Positions 1 through 12,885 of a stretch of 64,000 nt of DNA are shown in pieces (the stretch's first letter is position 1; each line of letters starts with the position of its first letter). Source of the DNA: Vicugna vicugna (taxonomy: Eukaryota); contig MU057809.1 in assembly GCA_013265495.1 (NCBI GenBank), positions 1,665,062 through 1,729,061 of the forward strand, in the 5' to 3' direction. The notes under the pieces were generated by a model. That model saw only the letters and a list, made by a program, of their open reading frames with translations. It was not told the origin of the DNA and did not search any database. The translations under genes were made by a program, and so were the position numbers.

Positions 1-809
1 CACTCTCGGACCCCACGCCTGTAAGGGAACTTGTGACTTAAGGGTGTCATCGTTTTAATGACTCACCCCCCAAAGCTGTGACATAGGCCCCTGGCTGTGC
101 TGTTCTTTCATAGGGCTGTTCGGGTGGGAAGGTCCCAAGGGCTTATCCGGACGGTGAACTTGAGCATCGGGACAAACTGGGCGCTTCTGGAGAACACTGG
201 GTTCTAGTCTGCGGACTGAGGGTTTACGGGTTTCCCCAGCCTCCACTCGGCTCCTGCTCTGCCTCGGCTTACCACTTCTCCCCTCCCCTCTTTGACCCCC
301 CACCGCTGCAGATGAACCCTCCCTCCCAGTGTGTTCTAAGTCTTCTGAGTGAAGTTCCTGGAGCTCCCGGAGGCAAAGGCATTCGATCTATTAAGAAACT
401 AAGCACGAAGATAAACAAATAATGGTGCTGTGGTCCGAGCACCGGAGAACCTGAACGTGAAGTCTCGGCAGTTTCGAGGCGCGTGGGCCAGGCACTCAGG
501 GAGACACACGTTTGCTTTCTGCACAGCATGCTCAAAAACGCCACCAGGAACTGCAGAGAGAAAGTTCCTAAAATAAACGCCCGAGGCCCACAGCATCCAG
601 GTCCCCAGCCCCCAGCGACCGGCCGGGAACAGGGCTGGAATCGCTCTTGCACTTGGTGAACCTCTAAATCAGCCGTGTGGTTTAAAGGAGAACTCTGGTT
701 TTCCTTATGCAGGGGAGGGAGGGTAGACATGCCTTAAAACAACACAAAAACTGACACAAATCCTGCAAAAAGGCTTGACGAGTTTTCCCACAGTGAACAC
801 GCCCCAGTG

Positions 810-995
810 ATCAACATGCCATTTATAAAGTTTTTGAACTTCAGAGGCAAGAGATCTGACAAGATCTGACCTATGCTGTTTGAGATCAGAATGTGACCTA
901 TCCTCGGTCGGGGGTGACTGGTAGGCGGCTACAAGGGAGTTGTGGGGTGCAGACCAAGTTCTGTGTTTTGCTGTGTGTGTGGATCACCCCTCCCT
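810..995 (+). mobile_element. Old L1M (L1ME-like) 3' UTR fragment
   Basis: ctatgctgtttgagatcagaatgtgacc...gggggtgactggtagg...gggagttgtggggtgcagaccaagttctgtgtttt resembles recalled L1ME 3' ends; heavily diverged. Confidence 0.4.
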
Positions 996-1534
996 GTGTG
1001 ACAGCTAGCAGAACGGCCGCCTGCATAGACCTCCTTCTGCCTGGGCCCCTAAAGCAGCACCCTCTGATTTATCTGTAGTAAAAGACACCTCCCACTCTCT
1101 ACCTTTAAAAAATGTTCTCATCTGTTACAGACTGATGCTTTTGTAAAATATAATAAAAATGAATCTAGACAGTCAAATTAAAAAAAAAGATACTCAAGAT
1201 TCAGGCCCGCTGATTGAGCTTGGTCATCGTGGCAATGCCAAAACGCTGTGAAGGTATGTAAGTGCTCAGTCTGGATTTCTGGGCTTATCCGGATGGTCGA
1301 GGGCTGGCGCACAGGCCAGACTTTGCGTGTCACTGTCTTGGGGGAAAGGCAGCCTTGCTGGTGCACCACGTCTGCCCCGAGAGCCCGGCCAGCCTCTCGA
1401 TGAGGCAGTCAGAAGACGTCAGTCAACGGGGCCTTTGCAGACACGGACAGGAATCAGCAGCCGGAAAGAGAGGGACCCTCGATGAACAAATAGGGCAACT
1501 GTCTCCCTAGGGTAACACTGAGGAGAGAACAGAA

Positions 1535-2285
1535 CATAATGATCCAAAAAACCATCTAATGAGTATCCTCGGAGAGACGCAAGCGGAGATCACATCCATC
1601 AAATAAGAACAGAGTGCTGCGAAAGGGGCTGCCTGAAGAAAGGCCGGTTCGTGGAAATTAAAAACACAGTTGTCAAAATAATAGGATGAATAAATAAAAT
1701 TCAATAGAAGGGCTGGACGAAGATGTCTGTCGAGCGTATCTCCTAGGCTGGAAAGCCGAAACAAATGAAACCCACCAAGACGTGCAAAGCACGAGGGGAA
1801 AGTTGAGACGCAAGTGATCAACTCGAAAAGACCCTTGTCCACTCAGAAAGCGTCCCCAGCAGGGAAAGAGACACCTACTCGAGGGAGGGGTCAATTACAA
1901 AATGATCGTGACACTTGTCAGAGCTGAAGAGTGATGTAATTCTCCACAACGAGAGCCTGTATGATGAATAAAAGATCTGCCTCTAGACACATCCACAGAC
2001 ACTGTAGGGAAACAAAGGGAAAGATGGATAATGAGATGTTTCCAAAATCTGTTAGAGAGGGAAAAATAAAGCATGCTGGTGCCAAGAATCAGGTGGGACT
2101 CGGGGTTCTCATTGGCTACACTGGGTTATCTTCCAGCAAGGAGATAATGAAGTGATGCTTTGGCGTTCTCAGGGAAATGGACTTTAAACGTAGAGCTCTG
2201 TATTCCGCCTAATCATCCATTGAGTGTGAGAGCAAAGTAAACACATTCTTAGACATGCAGAGGCTTTGGAAATTTACCCTCCCTA
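1535..2285 (+). mobile_element. HAL1 / ancient L1 ORF1 fossil
   Basis: A-rich decayed coding-like tract ending agagctctgtattccgcctaatcatccattgagtgtgagagcaaagtaaacacattcttagacatgcagagg, matching the recalled end of L1 ORF1/HAL1; no intact ORF. Confidence 0.55.
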
Positions 2286-3319
2286 CCGCCACTGTCCTGT
2301 CAGGCACTTCTCTTCTGTATTGGAAACTGTATGTTTCCACATCAGGTAATTCTGTTATAGTAAAAATAAATCAGTTCTACAAGAAACAGGGGTGGGGAAC
2401 CCCTGAATAATAAAACCCGGCGGGGAGGGACCGATTAGTTTAGTTCCCACATCTCCCTGCATTCAAGTCATCGTGGTCTGGGGACGTGCCGGGGCCCTAG
2501 GGTCGCTCACACCACCCGACTGGTGTTCAGAGAGAACCTCTTGCATCTGGAAGTAATCTTGTCTTCCTTCTGGCCCTCCCCTCCATGTTACTTGGACAAA
2601 TAAAACTTCTAGCTCTATCTGCCTTAAAGTGTCGCCCAACCCAGTAAGTGCACAGTACTTCTAGGTATTCTGAATGGAAATGTTCAGTCTCTCCCGGCGG
2701 CCCCACCCTCTGTGGTCCCCGCAAGACGGTGCCTGGGTGTGCTGGCGGAGCGCGGCCTGCAGGACCTGCAGGAAGACGTGGGGGTCCCTCTTTCTCGCCT
2801 GGTTGCCTCTCACCCTGCTGGAGCTCATCACTGACATCTCGCTCCTGTAGGATTCCTGGTCTGCTTCCCCTCGACTTGGGGGAGTGTCTGCCAGTCTTAC
2901 CCAGCCTGGAAGTCCACCTGCAGCCTCGGCTGTGGGGTCACCTCGCCAGCTGGAGCTGGCTCTCACTCTTGGAAAGCCTCCCTCTGCAGGACAAGCTGTG
3001 GCAACCAGGTTTTGTGAGGGGCAGCCCCACACCCACGTCTGGTCCGTTCAGCGTCCTTTCTCTGCCTGCTCCATCCGAAGCTCCAGGAGACCCAGCCTCC
3101 TTAAATTTCCTGAGAACGCCGAAGCATCACTTTATCATCTCGTCGCTGGAAGATAACTGGGTGTTGCTGATGAGAACCCTGAGTCCCATCTGATCCTGGG
3201 CGGCAGCGTGCTTTATTTTTCCCTCTCACAGGGCGGCTGAGGATGGGAAGGGGGTTCTCTCCCCAGTGCCAGGAAACGTCTACGTGCAGCTGTCTGCGTC
3301 TCCCCTTCCCATCTGAACA

Positions 3320-3670
3320 GCGGTGGCCGGGAGCCGCCTGAGATGGGGTTCATGTGTGAGTGATTTCAGGAGGCAGTGGTTTTGGGAGAGGGAAGTGAGG
3401 AGAGGAGGCAATAGGGGAAAGGCTGAACAGGAAGGTGATGCCACCCCGAGCCCAGTTTGGTCCCACCGGGAGGCCTGGAGGGGGCTTTGCGCCCCAGAGG
3501 GAGCTCCAGGGGTTGGTTAACCCTTGCCTGTGGGCTGCCGGGGAAGGGTGTGCGTTACAGGGCTCCTCTCAACACAGGGTCACCCTGAACCGGCATCTTA
3601 GAAATGGAAAGGCCGTGAGCGGCAGGGATCCATGTCGTAGCTGCGCGATTGGAGGCAGTTCACTGAGTGA
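3320..3670 (-). mobile_element. ERVL LTR fragment (LTR16/LTR33-like)
   Basis: gcctgagatggggttcatgtgtgagtgatttcaggagg resembles the reverse end of LTR16/33-type elements. Confidence 0.3.
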
Positions 3671-6243
3671 GCTCCCTTCCCGGAATTGCCGGCTCTGCTT
3701 CTGCGCCCGTTTCTCACTCTCGTTCTCCAAGAGGTCTCGCTATGTCTGCCGATGTTCCCCGCCTCCCATTCTCCTCCCACCTTGGAAAGTGTTCACAGTG
3801 CCCAGCAGCTGAAAAGTTGGGAGATCAGACGGGGAAAAATGAGAGATGGATTTTACCTGGAGCCAAACCTCGGCTGCAGCCACAGTGCTGTGTTTTGAGA
3901 CATTTCTGTGTTTCACTGAGAGCCGAAGGGAAAGAGCAGAAACCCAGGGCATGGCGCCTTCTGCCTGTTACACGCAGCTCCCTTGCCACGCGCCCCCGCC
4001 CCCCTCCCCTCCCCTCCCCTCCAGCGCGCACTCACCTCCTGAGAAGGCTGCCTTCGACCCCGAGAAGATCATTCCTTATCAGGGCAGCGGTCACATGCTC
4101 GGGACAGCAGAAAGGTATTTCACAAACGGTTGATCTGTGAATGAATATATTGCTTTCTTCCCAGAGGCCACACCTCACTGCCATTGTGTACAGTAATACC
4201 CATCTCCCACCCCCGCCCCAAACTAGCAATGAGAGCGAGACAGACCCTCCCAGGCCTCTGACTGCCTTCACGTCCTTTATACTTTTACACAGTTATTGTT
4301 CTCACCGCCCCGTCAAGCTCATTCCTCTTAATTTTGGATTTTTTTTATGCCACCTCCCTATGCAGAGGTGATTCCAGAAAGGCATCAATCTATCTCCATT
4401 ATCCCACACAAATACAAAACAGCCCAGTGAAAGGTCCATTTACTTTCTTGTATGCTGAACACCTTAAATGACCCTTGACTTTTTTTTTTAAATGCAGAAA
4501 GCATGGCTTAAATCCAGGAGGAAAATGTTCCCATCTGTAGGCTGGTAATGTATATTCAGTAATTTTCAGTTGCTTGAGTCATGAAATATGATGAAAGCCA
4601 TCCAGGTATCTCACGGGGGAAAAGGCGCCTTGAACTTCCCTCTGCCACAGAACTGGCGGGGAGACATTTCTACCCGCAATGTGCGAATCGGTGGTGGGCC
4701 CGTGACGGAACCACCGTGGCCTGGAGCTTGGGGCTTTTTGGTCGGAGCCCAGGAGGGCGGCTTCGTACTGGGCCGTGGGGGCGCCGTCTTGTGCAGCAGG
4801 CAGCCTCCCCCCAGTCACGGCGCACCGCGGGGCCCTGCCTGTTCTTCCTCTCCAAGGGGCTGGATGACAGTCTCCAAAACTTGACCACCATTTTCTTTCT
4901 CAGTTAATCCGCATTAGGGTAATGGGCACATTACATCCGTCTTGCAGTGGGTATATGTGCTGGCGGCTCTGGATAAATAATGAATACTCTCCGAAATGAC
5001 CAGAAATGCGCGTGAGCTAGCGCGGCCGGCACATAACGGATGCTTCGTTTGTCCACAGGGACTGTGTTACCAGCAGGGAACTGATCAGGCTCTAAAACGC
5101 TCTGGGTTACCTGAGGCCTGAAAGGTGCTCTGTCACGTTGGAGTCCGTTCCTCTCTGCACAGAACTTAGGAGTGGCCTGGCGTTTGCTTTAGGTCCCCCT
5201 GTTTGAAAATGGAAAATATTTATGCTCATCAATCACAGTGCCTGCCAACTGCTTCCCCCACCTCCTTGCTTTTAGAGAAAGCAACTAGAAACACCCAAGG
5301 CATGTAAATGGCTCTGAGTTATGTCTGTTTTTAGCACAGTGTTTGAGCAGGAAAGTCAGGGCTCATTAAAAATACGAATGTTGCAGCTTATGGAATCGGC
5401 TGCTTTAAACGCAGCCGCCCACACACCAGTGGTCCTCAGACTGTTCCACAGTGTTTATGCGGCAGCTCGCAGCATCTGTGGGCACATCCTGCGTCAGTGT
5501 GTGTCCCCAGGGTCCAGCTGGGCACGGCATTCACACTCCCACGCCAGCCAGTGCGGATGAGGCCAGCCCTCCGCGATTGATGTGAAAGGCAGCTGTCACT
5601 TGATCAATGTCGACATCAGTGCTGACGGTTACGTGAGGACTGTTTGGAAGAATTGTGTGCATTTCTGAGCGTGCTCTTATGCGATCCTTTCACCCTTTAG
5701 TCTTCGGATAGTTTACATTCTCTAGAATTAAGTGCATTGTTATCTACTTGGAACTCAACCGTGCATAGAGCGTTTGTAAGATTTGTCTCTCTGACCTTTG
5801 ATTTTCTTAATCAGAGAATTGTGTCTGTTTGAAATGCTGGTACTGCAATGGCTGAGTTCATTGCTTAAGATCGTGGAGGAATTGTGCCACTGCTAATAAA
5901 GGATTAGTTGAGAGAGCAAATGGGAGGGAAGGAAACATGACGAGGAAGAAAGGAAAGAATGATTGGAAACGAGAGGAAGAAGGACTCTCTCAAGGATTGA
6001 TCAGACAGAAGCCAATGTTGGGAAGAACCAATAAGGGTCAAAACTATTCAGCCCAAAGTCCCGAGGCCAAGAGATAAACACGTGGAATAAATACACTGAG
6101 CACTGCTGAGGTGGGAGGGCTCCACGCGGTCTGAGCCACCCACCCTGAGAGCTTGTAAGAGGGGAAACACACAGCAAAATCAAAACGAAACAGAACGTGA
6201 GCAGCCAAACAACCACACACACCCGTGCCAGTAATATATTGCC

Positions 6244-6255
6244 TATATATATGTA

Positions 6256-6288
<33 letters not shown>

Positions 6289-6289
6289 G
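6244..6289. repeat. (TA)n/(TG)n microsatellite
   Basis: tatatatatgtatgtgtgtgtgtatatatatatatatatatatg seen directly. Confidence 0.9.
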
Positions 6290-7134
6290 CAGGTTTTTTA
6301 GCACTGGCTTTTGTATTTGGGGATACTGAGATTAAATTATGATGTGGAAATTGTCCATGCAATGCTACAGTACTTGACTAGATACATGAAATATATCAAT
6401 ATCTTATTAATAACTGCTAAGATCCATTGCACCTGCATGTGTCACCCTGAGTATAGCTTGTTTCCTTAAAGTGCATCCTTCCACCTGTTTACGACGTGCC
6501 CGACCCCAGGAGCACCAGCATGTTTGTCACATGGAGCAGATCACTTTAAACAGTCTCCTCTATATTTCAGAATTATTTTCAGCAATAAGGATATCAGAAT
6601 CAGTAACAATCATTGTTTGTTTCTTGGTTTTAAAATAATGATCAGTTATAGAAAGAATGGATTTCATTGTTAAAGTTATCATTCAAATTCAGGAAAATGT
6701 TGCACATATAAACTAAAAGGAAAAAAATATGGCAGCTTGTGATCTGTTTCACTGTTTTAAGCATAAACAAAAACTCCAAGTGGTTGCTGGAATGGCAAAA
6801 ATGAAGCAATTCGGGCTCCGTTTTGTTCTGTATAATCCCTGTGCTATTATCATTTATTTGGAATCTACTGTTTCAAGACCAGAGTGGGGCTGGAGTTGGG
6901 AACCAAACCAGTCCGAAATGAGCTCAGACAATTCCGAACCTTTAGGAACTTTTCCATTTTAAATAGCTTTATTGAGGTATAATTTACATATCATCAGGTT
7001 CACTTCTTCAAAGTGTGTAACTCAATGGGTTTTTTCAGTCAATCTGCAGAGTTGTGTGGTTACACCGTAAGGTCACGTTAGAACGTTTTCATCCCTAAAA
7101 CCTTGTGCCCGTGGGCAGTCATTCTCTGCATTCC

Positions 7135-7614
7135 CAAAGGCAAGTTCGTCTGCCCCATGTACTGTGAGGCCAAAGGAACAGAAACGTGGGAGTTTGGAGC
7201 AGAGAAAGGTTGGCTGTAGGGCCGGCGAGCAAGGAGGATGGGGTGGCTCATGCTCAAGAAAACCCCGAACTCCCTGAAGGGATTCAGCAAAGTCTATTTA
7301 AAGGCCACATGGCGGGGAGGGGGGGGGGGTCTCAGGGTCTGTGATCAGCTCGTGCACAATCCTCTGATTGGCTGACATAGAGGTAACAGGGTGTCACACT
7401 GTCAACCCCTAGGCGCCAGAAGATCTGAGGCTACTTGCTCTCCATCATCAAGCAGTTAAGTTCTTCCCTTTGGCGGTGGTTTTTAGCATCTGAAAAACTC
7501 AGGAAATAAACATAAGATACTATGATCTGGGTCCTTCAGAGAGGAGCTGCGGCAGAGGATACAGGGAGGGTCTGTCCCTCCATGGGAAGCCCCACAGGGT
7601 CCCGCTCGGTTACA
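7135..7614 (-). mobile_element. ERV1-class solo LTR inserted in L1MB
   Basis: Ends cccgctcggttaca (= TGTAACCGAGCGGG LTR start on minus strand); interrupts otherwise collinear L1MB sequence; left boundary approximate. Confidence 0.7.
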
Positions 7615-7660
7615 CAACCCCCAAATCTCTCCCTATTTCTAGCCAACCACTAACCATTCT

Positions 7661-8199
7661 TTTTTAATTGAAGTACAGTTAGTTACAACGTGTCAATTTC
7701 TGGTGTTCAGTATAATGTCCCTGTCATGTATGTATGTATGTATATATGTATTTATATATATTCGTTTTCATATTCAAGAGAAGGACTGCAAATCAATTAC
7801 AGCACACGCTTACTGAATCCTGTGCTATACAGAAGAAAATTGTTTTTTAATCTATTTTTATATATAGTAGTTAATATTTACAAATCTCAAACTCCCAGTT
7901 TATCCCTTCCCACCCCCTTTCCTCCCATCGGTAACCATAAGATTGTTTACTACCTCTGTGAGTCTGTTTCTGTTTTGTAGACGAGTTCATTAGTGTCTTC
8001 ATCTTTTAGATTCCACATATGAGTGCTATCATATGGTATTTTTCTTTCTCTTTCTGGCTTACTTCACTTAGAATGACGATTTCCAGGTCCATCCATGTTG
8101 CTGCAAATGGCATTATTTCATTCTTTTTATGGCTGAGTAATATTCCATTGTATAAATACACCACAGTTTCTTTGTCCAGTCATCTGTTGATGGATATTT
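7661..8199 (-). mobile_element. 5'-truncated camelid-type L1 (3' UTR and ORF2 end)
   Basis: T-tract then aattgaagtacagttagttacaa...; flanked by imperfect TSD agccaaccactaaccattct (7641-7660) / agccaaacactaatctattct (8200-8220); homologous to the 3' part of 11033-12879. Confidence 0.85.
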
Positions 8200-8583
8200 A
8201 GCCAAACACTAATCTATTCTCTGTTTCTACAGATTTGCCTATTCAAAACATTTTCTATAAATAGAATCATACACTATGTGGACTTTCGTGTCTGGCTTCT
8301 TTCACTTAGCAAATTGTTTCCAAGTTCCACCACGTTGTAGCATGTATCAGTATCTCATTCTTTTTATTGCCAAATATTATTCCTTTCTATAAACATGCCA
8401 CATTTTATTTATCTGTTTATCTGTTGATGGACATTTGGGTTGTTTCTACTTTTTGGCTATTGTGAATAATGCTGTGAACATTTGTGTACAAGTTTTTGTA
8501 TGGATATATGTTTTCATTAATCTTGGGAAGATACCTAAGAGTGGAATTGCTGGGTCATATGGTAGTTTCACGTTTAACATTTT

Positions 8584-8622
8584 CTGATCCGTAGTCAGAC
8601 GCGTTATCCATTGCGCTACTGG
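8584..8622 (-). pseudogene. Tailless retropseudogene of the 5' half of tRNA-Arg(ACG)
   Basis: Reverse complement CCAGTAGCGCAATGGATAACGCGTCTGACTACGGATCAG matches the recalled tRNA-Arg-ACG 5' half with one mismatch; perfect 16-bp TSD tcacgtttaacatttt at 8568-8583 and 8623-8638. Confidence 0.9.
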
Positions 8623-8896
8623 TCACGTTTAACATTTTGATGAACTAGCAGACTCTTTTCTGAAGCAGCTGCCCCATTTTGCATTCCCACAAGTGCCGTG
8701 TGAGGGTTCCAATTTCTCCATTTCTTTGTCAACACTTGCTACTGTCTTTTTTATTACAGCCATTCTAATGGGGGCAGAGTGGTATCCCAGTGTGGTTTTA
8801 ATTTGCCTTTCCTTCGTGACAGTTGGTTTTATGTTGATCTCGTATCTTTCCATCTTGCTGAAATTGATTATGAGTTCCAAGAATTTTTTAAGGAAA

Positions 8897-9160
8897 TTTT
8901 TTTTTATTGGCGTATAGTCACTTTACAACGTTCTGTCAGTTTCTGGTGTGCAGCATAATGTTTCAGTCGTACATATACACATGTATATTCCTTTTTATAT
9001 TCTTTTTCAATATAGTTTACTACATGATATTGAATATAGTTCCCCGTGCTATACAGTAGGACCTTGTTGTGTATCTATTTTATATATAATACTTAATATT
9101 TGCACATCTTGAACTCCCACTTTATCTCTTCCCACCCCCTTTCCCCCTTGGTAACCATAC
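8897..9160 (-). mobile_element. Short camelid-type L1 3' UTR insertion
   Basis: Poly-T then attggcgtatagtcactttacaac...ggtaaccata, homologous to 12620-12875 in reverse. Confidence 0.8.
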
Positions 9161-9689
9161 AGACATACTTTTAATATTTTTTTAGTGGATTCCTTGAGAT
9201 TTTCCATGTACAAAATCAACGTAATCAGCAAATAGAAAAGTTTTACTACCCTTTTTCCCATTCTGGCTGCCTTTTATTTCTTTAATTCTTTTTCTTTTTG
9301 CCTAATTGCCTTGGCCGGTCCCCCCGGTAGAAGCGGCCAAGACAAGCATCTTTGTCTCGTTCCCACAGGAACTTACTTTTAAAACGAGCACGTTGTGTAG
9401 CTGGATTGGTATGTGTCGGGGGCAGACTGCAGAACTAAATTAAACCCCTTGGAGAATACAGTATTTGTTAACGTTCAAGTAAAAACAACGTGCTAATCTG
9501 AGGCTCCCATATATATTATTAAAACACATCAGTAACCACCGCTATTGTTTAGAACTTAGAGCAACCAACGATGTTTTTCACAGAGGAGCAGTTTATCACC
9601 GGCATTGGGCAGAATTGCTGGTGGACTGTGATAATAGAAACAGACCGGTTTTTAGTTGGTTTTATTGTTGCTTTTAAATTCTCTGTGGT

Positions 9690-9815
9690 CACAATGGCAT
9701 GAAACTAGAAATCAACCACAGAAAGAGAAACTAGAATAAACGATTGCATGGGGGCTAAACAATGTGCTACTGAGAAACCAATGGGTCAACGATGAAATGA
9801 AGGAAGAAATTAAAT
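9690..9815 (+). mobile_element. L1 ORF2 internal fragment
   Basis: acaatggcatgaaactagaaatcaacc...ctaaacaatgtgctactgagaaaccaatgggtcaacgatgaaatgaaggaagaaattaaa encodes LNNVLLRNQWVNDEMKEEIK, an L1 ORF2 motif after the endonuclease domain. Confidence 0.75.
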
Positions 9816-11032
9816 TCTCTGTGCAGAGCATGCCCCCTGCCACGTGCCCTCGGGGCGGATGGTTCCCACTGCCCCACGCCGCTGTACCGATGCCCTCCCC
9901 GGCTCTTCCGGCAGTGTCTGAACCCTGCTTTTGACACAGTTCTGTCTCTGATGTGCACAGGCGTGGGGTCTGTCTCATCCACGTCTGCCTCCCTCCCCGT
10001 CTCGTGCACAGGAGACCCTTCACACTTGCCTGCCGAGTCTGTTGAGATGGTCTGGGGACCCACTCTCAAGGCTGCTCGCGGGGACCGGCGGCCAGAGGGC
10101 ACCTGATGGCAGCCCCACAGGGGCTGCGGCGTCGAGCCTGCGCAGCCTCGGGCGGGGCAAGGGCGTGGGAGAACGCGCGGCTCTGCTGTGACTCATTGTG
10201 GGAGCCTGGGCCCCCGGCTGCAGCTCTTTTGGTTTCTCTTCTGTAAAATGGGGACAAAGGTGCAGTCTCGACCTGCTGCCACCACCTCGCCCCGCCCCCT
10301 TCAATGCCCACCCCGGAGGGGAACGTTTGTCAGTGGGGCTGGGTTACCGAACCTTTGAAAGGAGTGAGGTCTTATGACTAAAAAGGGGGAGAAACCACCT
10401 GCTTTTCTCCTTCCTGCCCTCTAGGGACTCACATTCTTGAGCTTGCCAAAATGGACTTCAAATTTTTTTTTTTGCATAGATTAGGGGGAAATGGAGAGGG
10501 TATCATTTCCTTGCATGAGTCCCCTAACTGAGATCAGCTATCTCTAAGGGGGAAAAAGATTTTTTTTTTTTTTTGGCAAAGAAAATGCATGCTCTTGAAG
10601 ATGCTGTGAAGAGGAGGAGGCTGCTAGTGTCCCATTCAAGTCCCCTGGTACATCGTGACTCTGGGCACAAAGGTCCCACCATTGTCAGCTGCAAACACAC
10701 AGGGGGATGAGCCTCGTGGCTCAGCCTTTGCAGGGAGACAATATTTAAAAGCACAGGTCCACAGTTGTAAGAAATCTAAATGAATTTTATTCCTAAGTCG
10801 TGTTTCTGCAAATATATTACAGGGGGTCCAACCTAAAACCCTCGTGGGCTCTCCTTAAATCCCAGGGGAGGCGTCTTTTCCTTCTTCCCAGCCTGTCCTA
10901 TAGACCCCATTCCAGCAAGCAAGAATCCTTTCTCTTTAGGTGCTGGAAACTGACCCCATGACAACAGATTTTCATCAGTTCAAGAGGAAAGAGAACACTT
11001 TCTTAATAAGGGCCCCATCAATTACATTGTGT

Positions 11033-12879
11033 CAATAAAATACTTAGGAATAAGTCTGAAGGTGAAAGACTTATACGCAGAAAACTACCAAACATTGCTT
11101 AAGGAAATTAAAAATGACTTAAAGAAATGGAAAGATATCCCATGCTCTTGGATTGGAAGAAATAATATTGTTAAAATGGCCAAACTATCCAAAACAATCT
11201 ACACATTTAGTGTGATCCCTATCAAATTACCCAGGACATTTCTCACAGAACTAGAACAAATAATTCTGAAGTTTATGTGGAATCACAAAAGACTCAGAAT
11301 TGCCAAGGCACTACAGAAGAAAAAGAATGAAGATGGAGGAATAACCCTCCTAGACATCAGATAATACTACAGAGCTACAGTAATTAAAACAGCATGGTAT
11401 TGGCCCAAAAACAGACATATGGATCAATGGGACAGAACAGAACCCAGAGACAAACCCACAGACTATGGTCAATTAATCCTCTACAAGGAGGCAAGAATGT
11501 ACAATGGAAAAAAGACAATCTCTTCAGCAACTGGTGTTGGGAAAACTGGATAGTTGCATGTAAATCATTGAAGTTAGAACACTTCCTCACTCCAAACACA
11601 AAAATAAACTCAAAATGGCTCAAAGACTTAAATATAAGACAAGACACTATAAATCTCCTGGAAGAAAACATAGGCAAAACCTTCTCTGACATAAATCTTA
11701 GTGATGTTATCCTAGGCAATCTACCTAAGCGATAGAAATAAAAGCAAAAATAAACAAATGTGACCTAATTAAACCTGTAAGCTTTTGCATAGCAAAGGAA
11801 ACCATAAGCAAAGCAGCATGACAACCTACAGAACGGGAGAAAGTATTTGCAAGTGACACGACTGACAAAGGTTTAATTTCTGGAATATATAAACGGCTCA
11901 CATACAGCTTAATGACAACAACAACAACAAAGCAACCCAATCCAAAAATGGGCAGAAGACCTAAACAAGCAGTTCTCCAAGGAAGACATACAAATGGCCA
12001 ACAGGCACATGAAAAAATGCTCAATATCACTAATTATCAGAGAAATGCAAATCAAAACAAAACGAGGTATCACCTAACACCAGTCAGAAAAAAAAATTCA
12101 AAAGTAATGACAAATGCTGGAGAGGGTGTGCAGCAAAGGGAACCCTCCTACACTGCTGGTGGGAATGTAGTTTGGTGCAGCCACTATGGAGGACAGCATG
12201 AAGATTCCTCAAAAGATTAAAAATAGACAGACCATATGATCCAGCAGTCCCACTCCTGGGCATATATCTGGAGGGGACTTTAATTCAAAAAGATAAATGC
12301 ACACCAATGTTCATAGCAGCATTATTTACATAGCCAAGACACGGAAGCAACCTAAATGCCCATCGACAGATGACTGGATAAAGAAACAGTGGTCTATTTA
12401 TACAATGGAACACTACTCAGCCATAAAAAAGAATAAAATAATGCCATTTGCAGCAACATGGATGGACCTGGAAATCGTCATTCTAAGTGAAGTAAGCCAG
12501 AAAGAGAAAGAAAAATGCCATATGATAGCACTCATATGTGGAATCTAAAAAAAAGGAAAAAGAAGATACTAATGAACGTATCTACAAAACAGAAACAGAT
12601 TCATAGGCATAGTTAACAATCTTATGGTTACCAGGAGGAAAGAGGGTTCGAAGGGATAAATTGAGAGTTCAAGAGCTGCAAATCCTAACAACTGTATATA
12701 AAGTAGGCAAGCAACAGGTTTCCCCTGTCGGGCACAGGGAGCTGTACTCAGTGTCTTGTAGTGACCTACAATGAAACAGATAGGAAAAGGAATATATGTG
12801 CGTACGTGTGTGACTGAAACGTGCTGCACACCAGAAATTGACGCAACGCTCTAAACTGACTGTACTTCAGTAACAAAAA
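11033..12879 (+). mobile_element. 5'-truncated L1 (ORF2 3' part and 3' UTR), frameshifted
   Basis: ORFs 11029..11364 ([17 protein letters not shown]), 11394..11735 ([13 protein letters not shown]), 12297..12548 (KQPKCPS..FAATWMDLE) are L1 ORF2 pieces in different frames; A-rich tail at ~12872-12879. Confidence 0.95.
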
Positions 12880-12885
12880 TGTGCT

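Larger units (their letters stand above)
6958..9365 (-). mobile_element. L1MB-like LINE, 3' region, interrupted by at least four later insertions
   Basis: Starts tttaaatagctttattgaggtataatttacata (reverse L1MB 3' end), resumes at ~7615 and ~8200; minus-strand ORF 8629..8880 has L1 ORF2 C-terminal motifs (QIKTTLGYHSAPIRMAVIKK). Confidence 0.85.

Noticed and set aside
1..730. ERV internal region or coding exon at window start
   Set aside because: No PBS, retroviral protein motif or recognisable protein in the ORFs
8584..8622. Functional tRNA gene
   Set aside because: Only the 5' half is present; no T-arm, B box or 3' acceptor strand
10328..10963. Possible LTR or MITE bounded by tgtcagtgggg ... 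ccccatgaca
   Set aside because: Imperfect short inverted match, no TSD and no family I can recognise
11029..12548. ORFs with reverse-transcriptase-associated motifs as a host gene or active L1
   Set aside because: Frameshifted, 5'-truncated L1 ORF2 pieces
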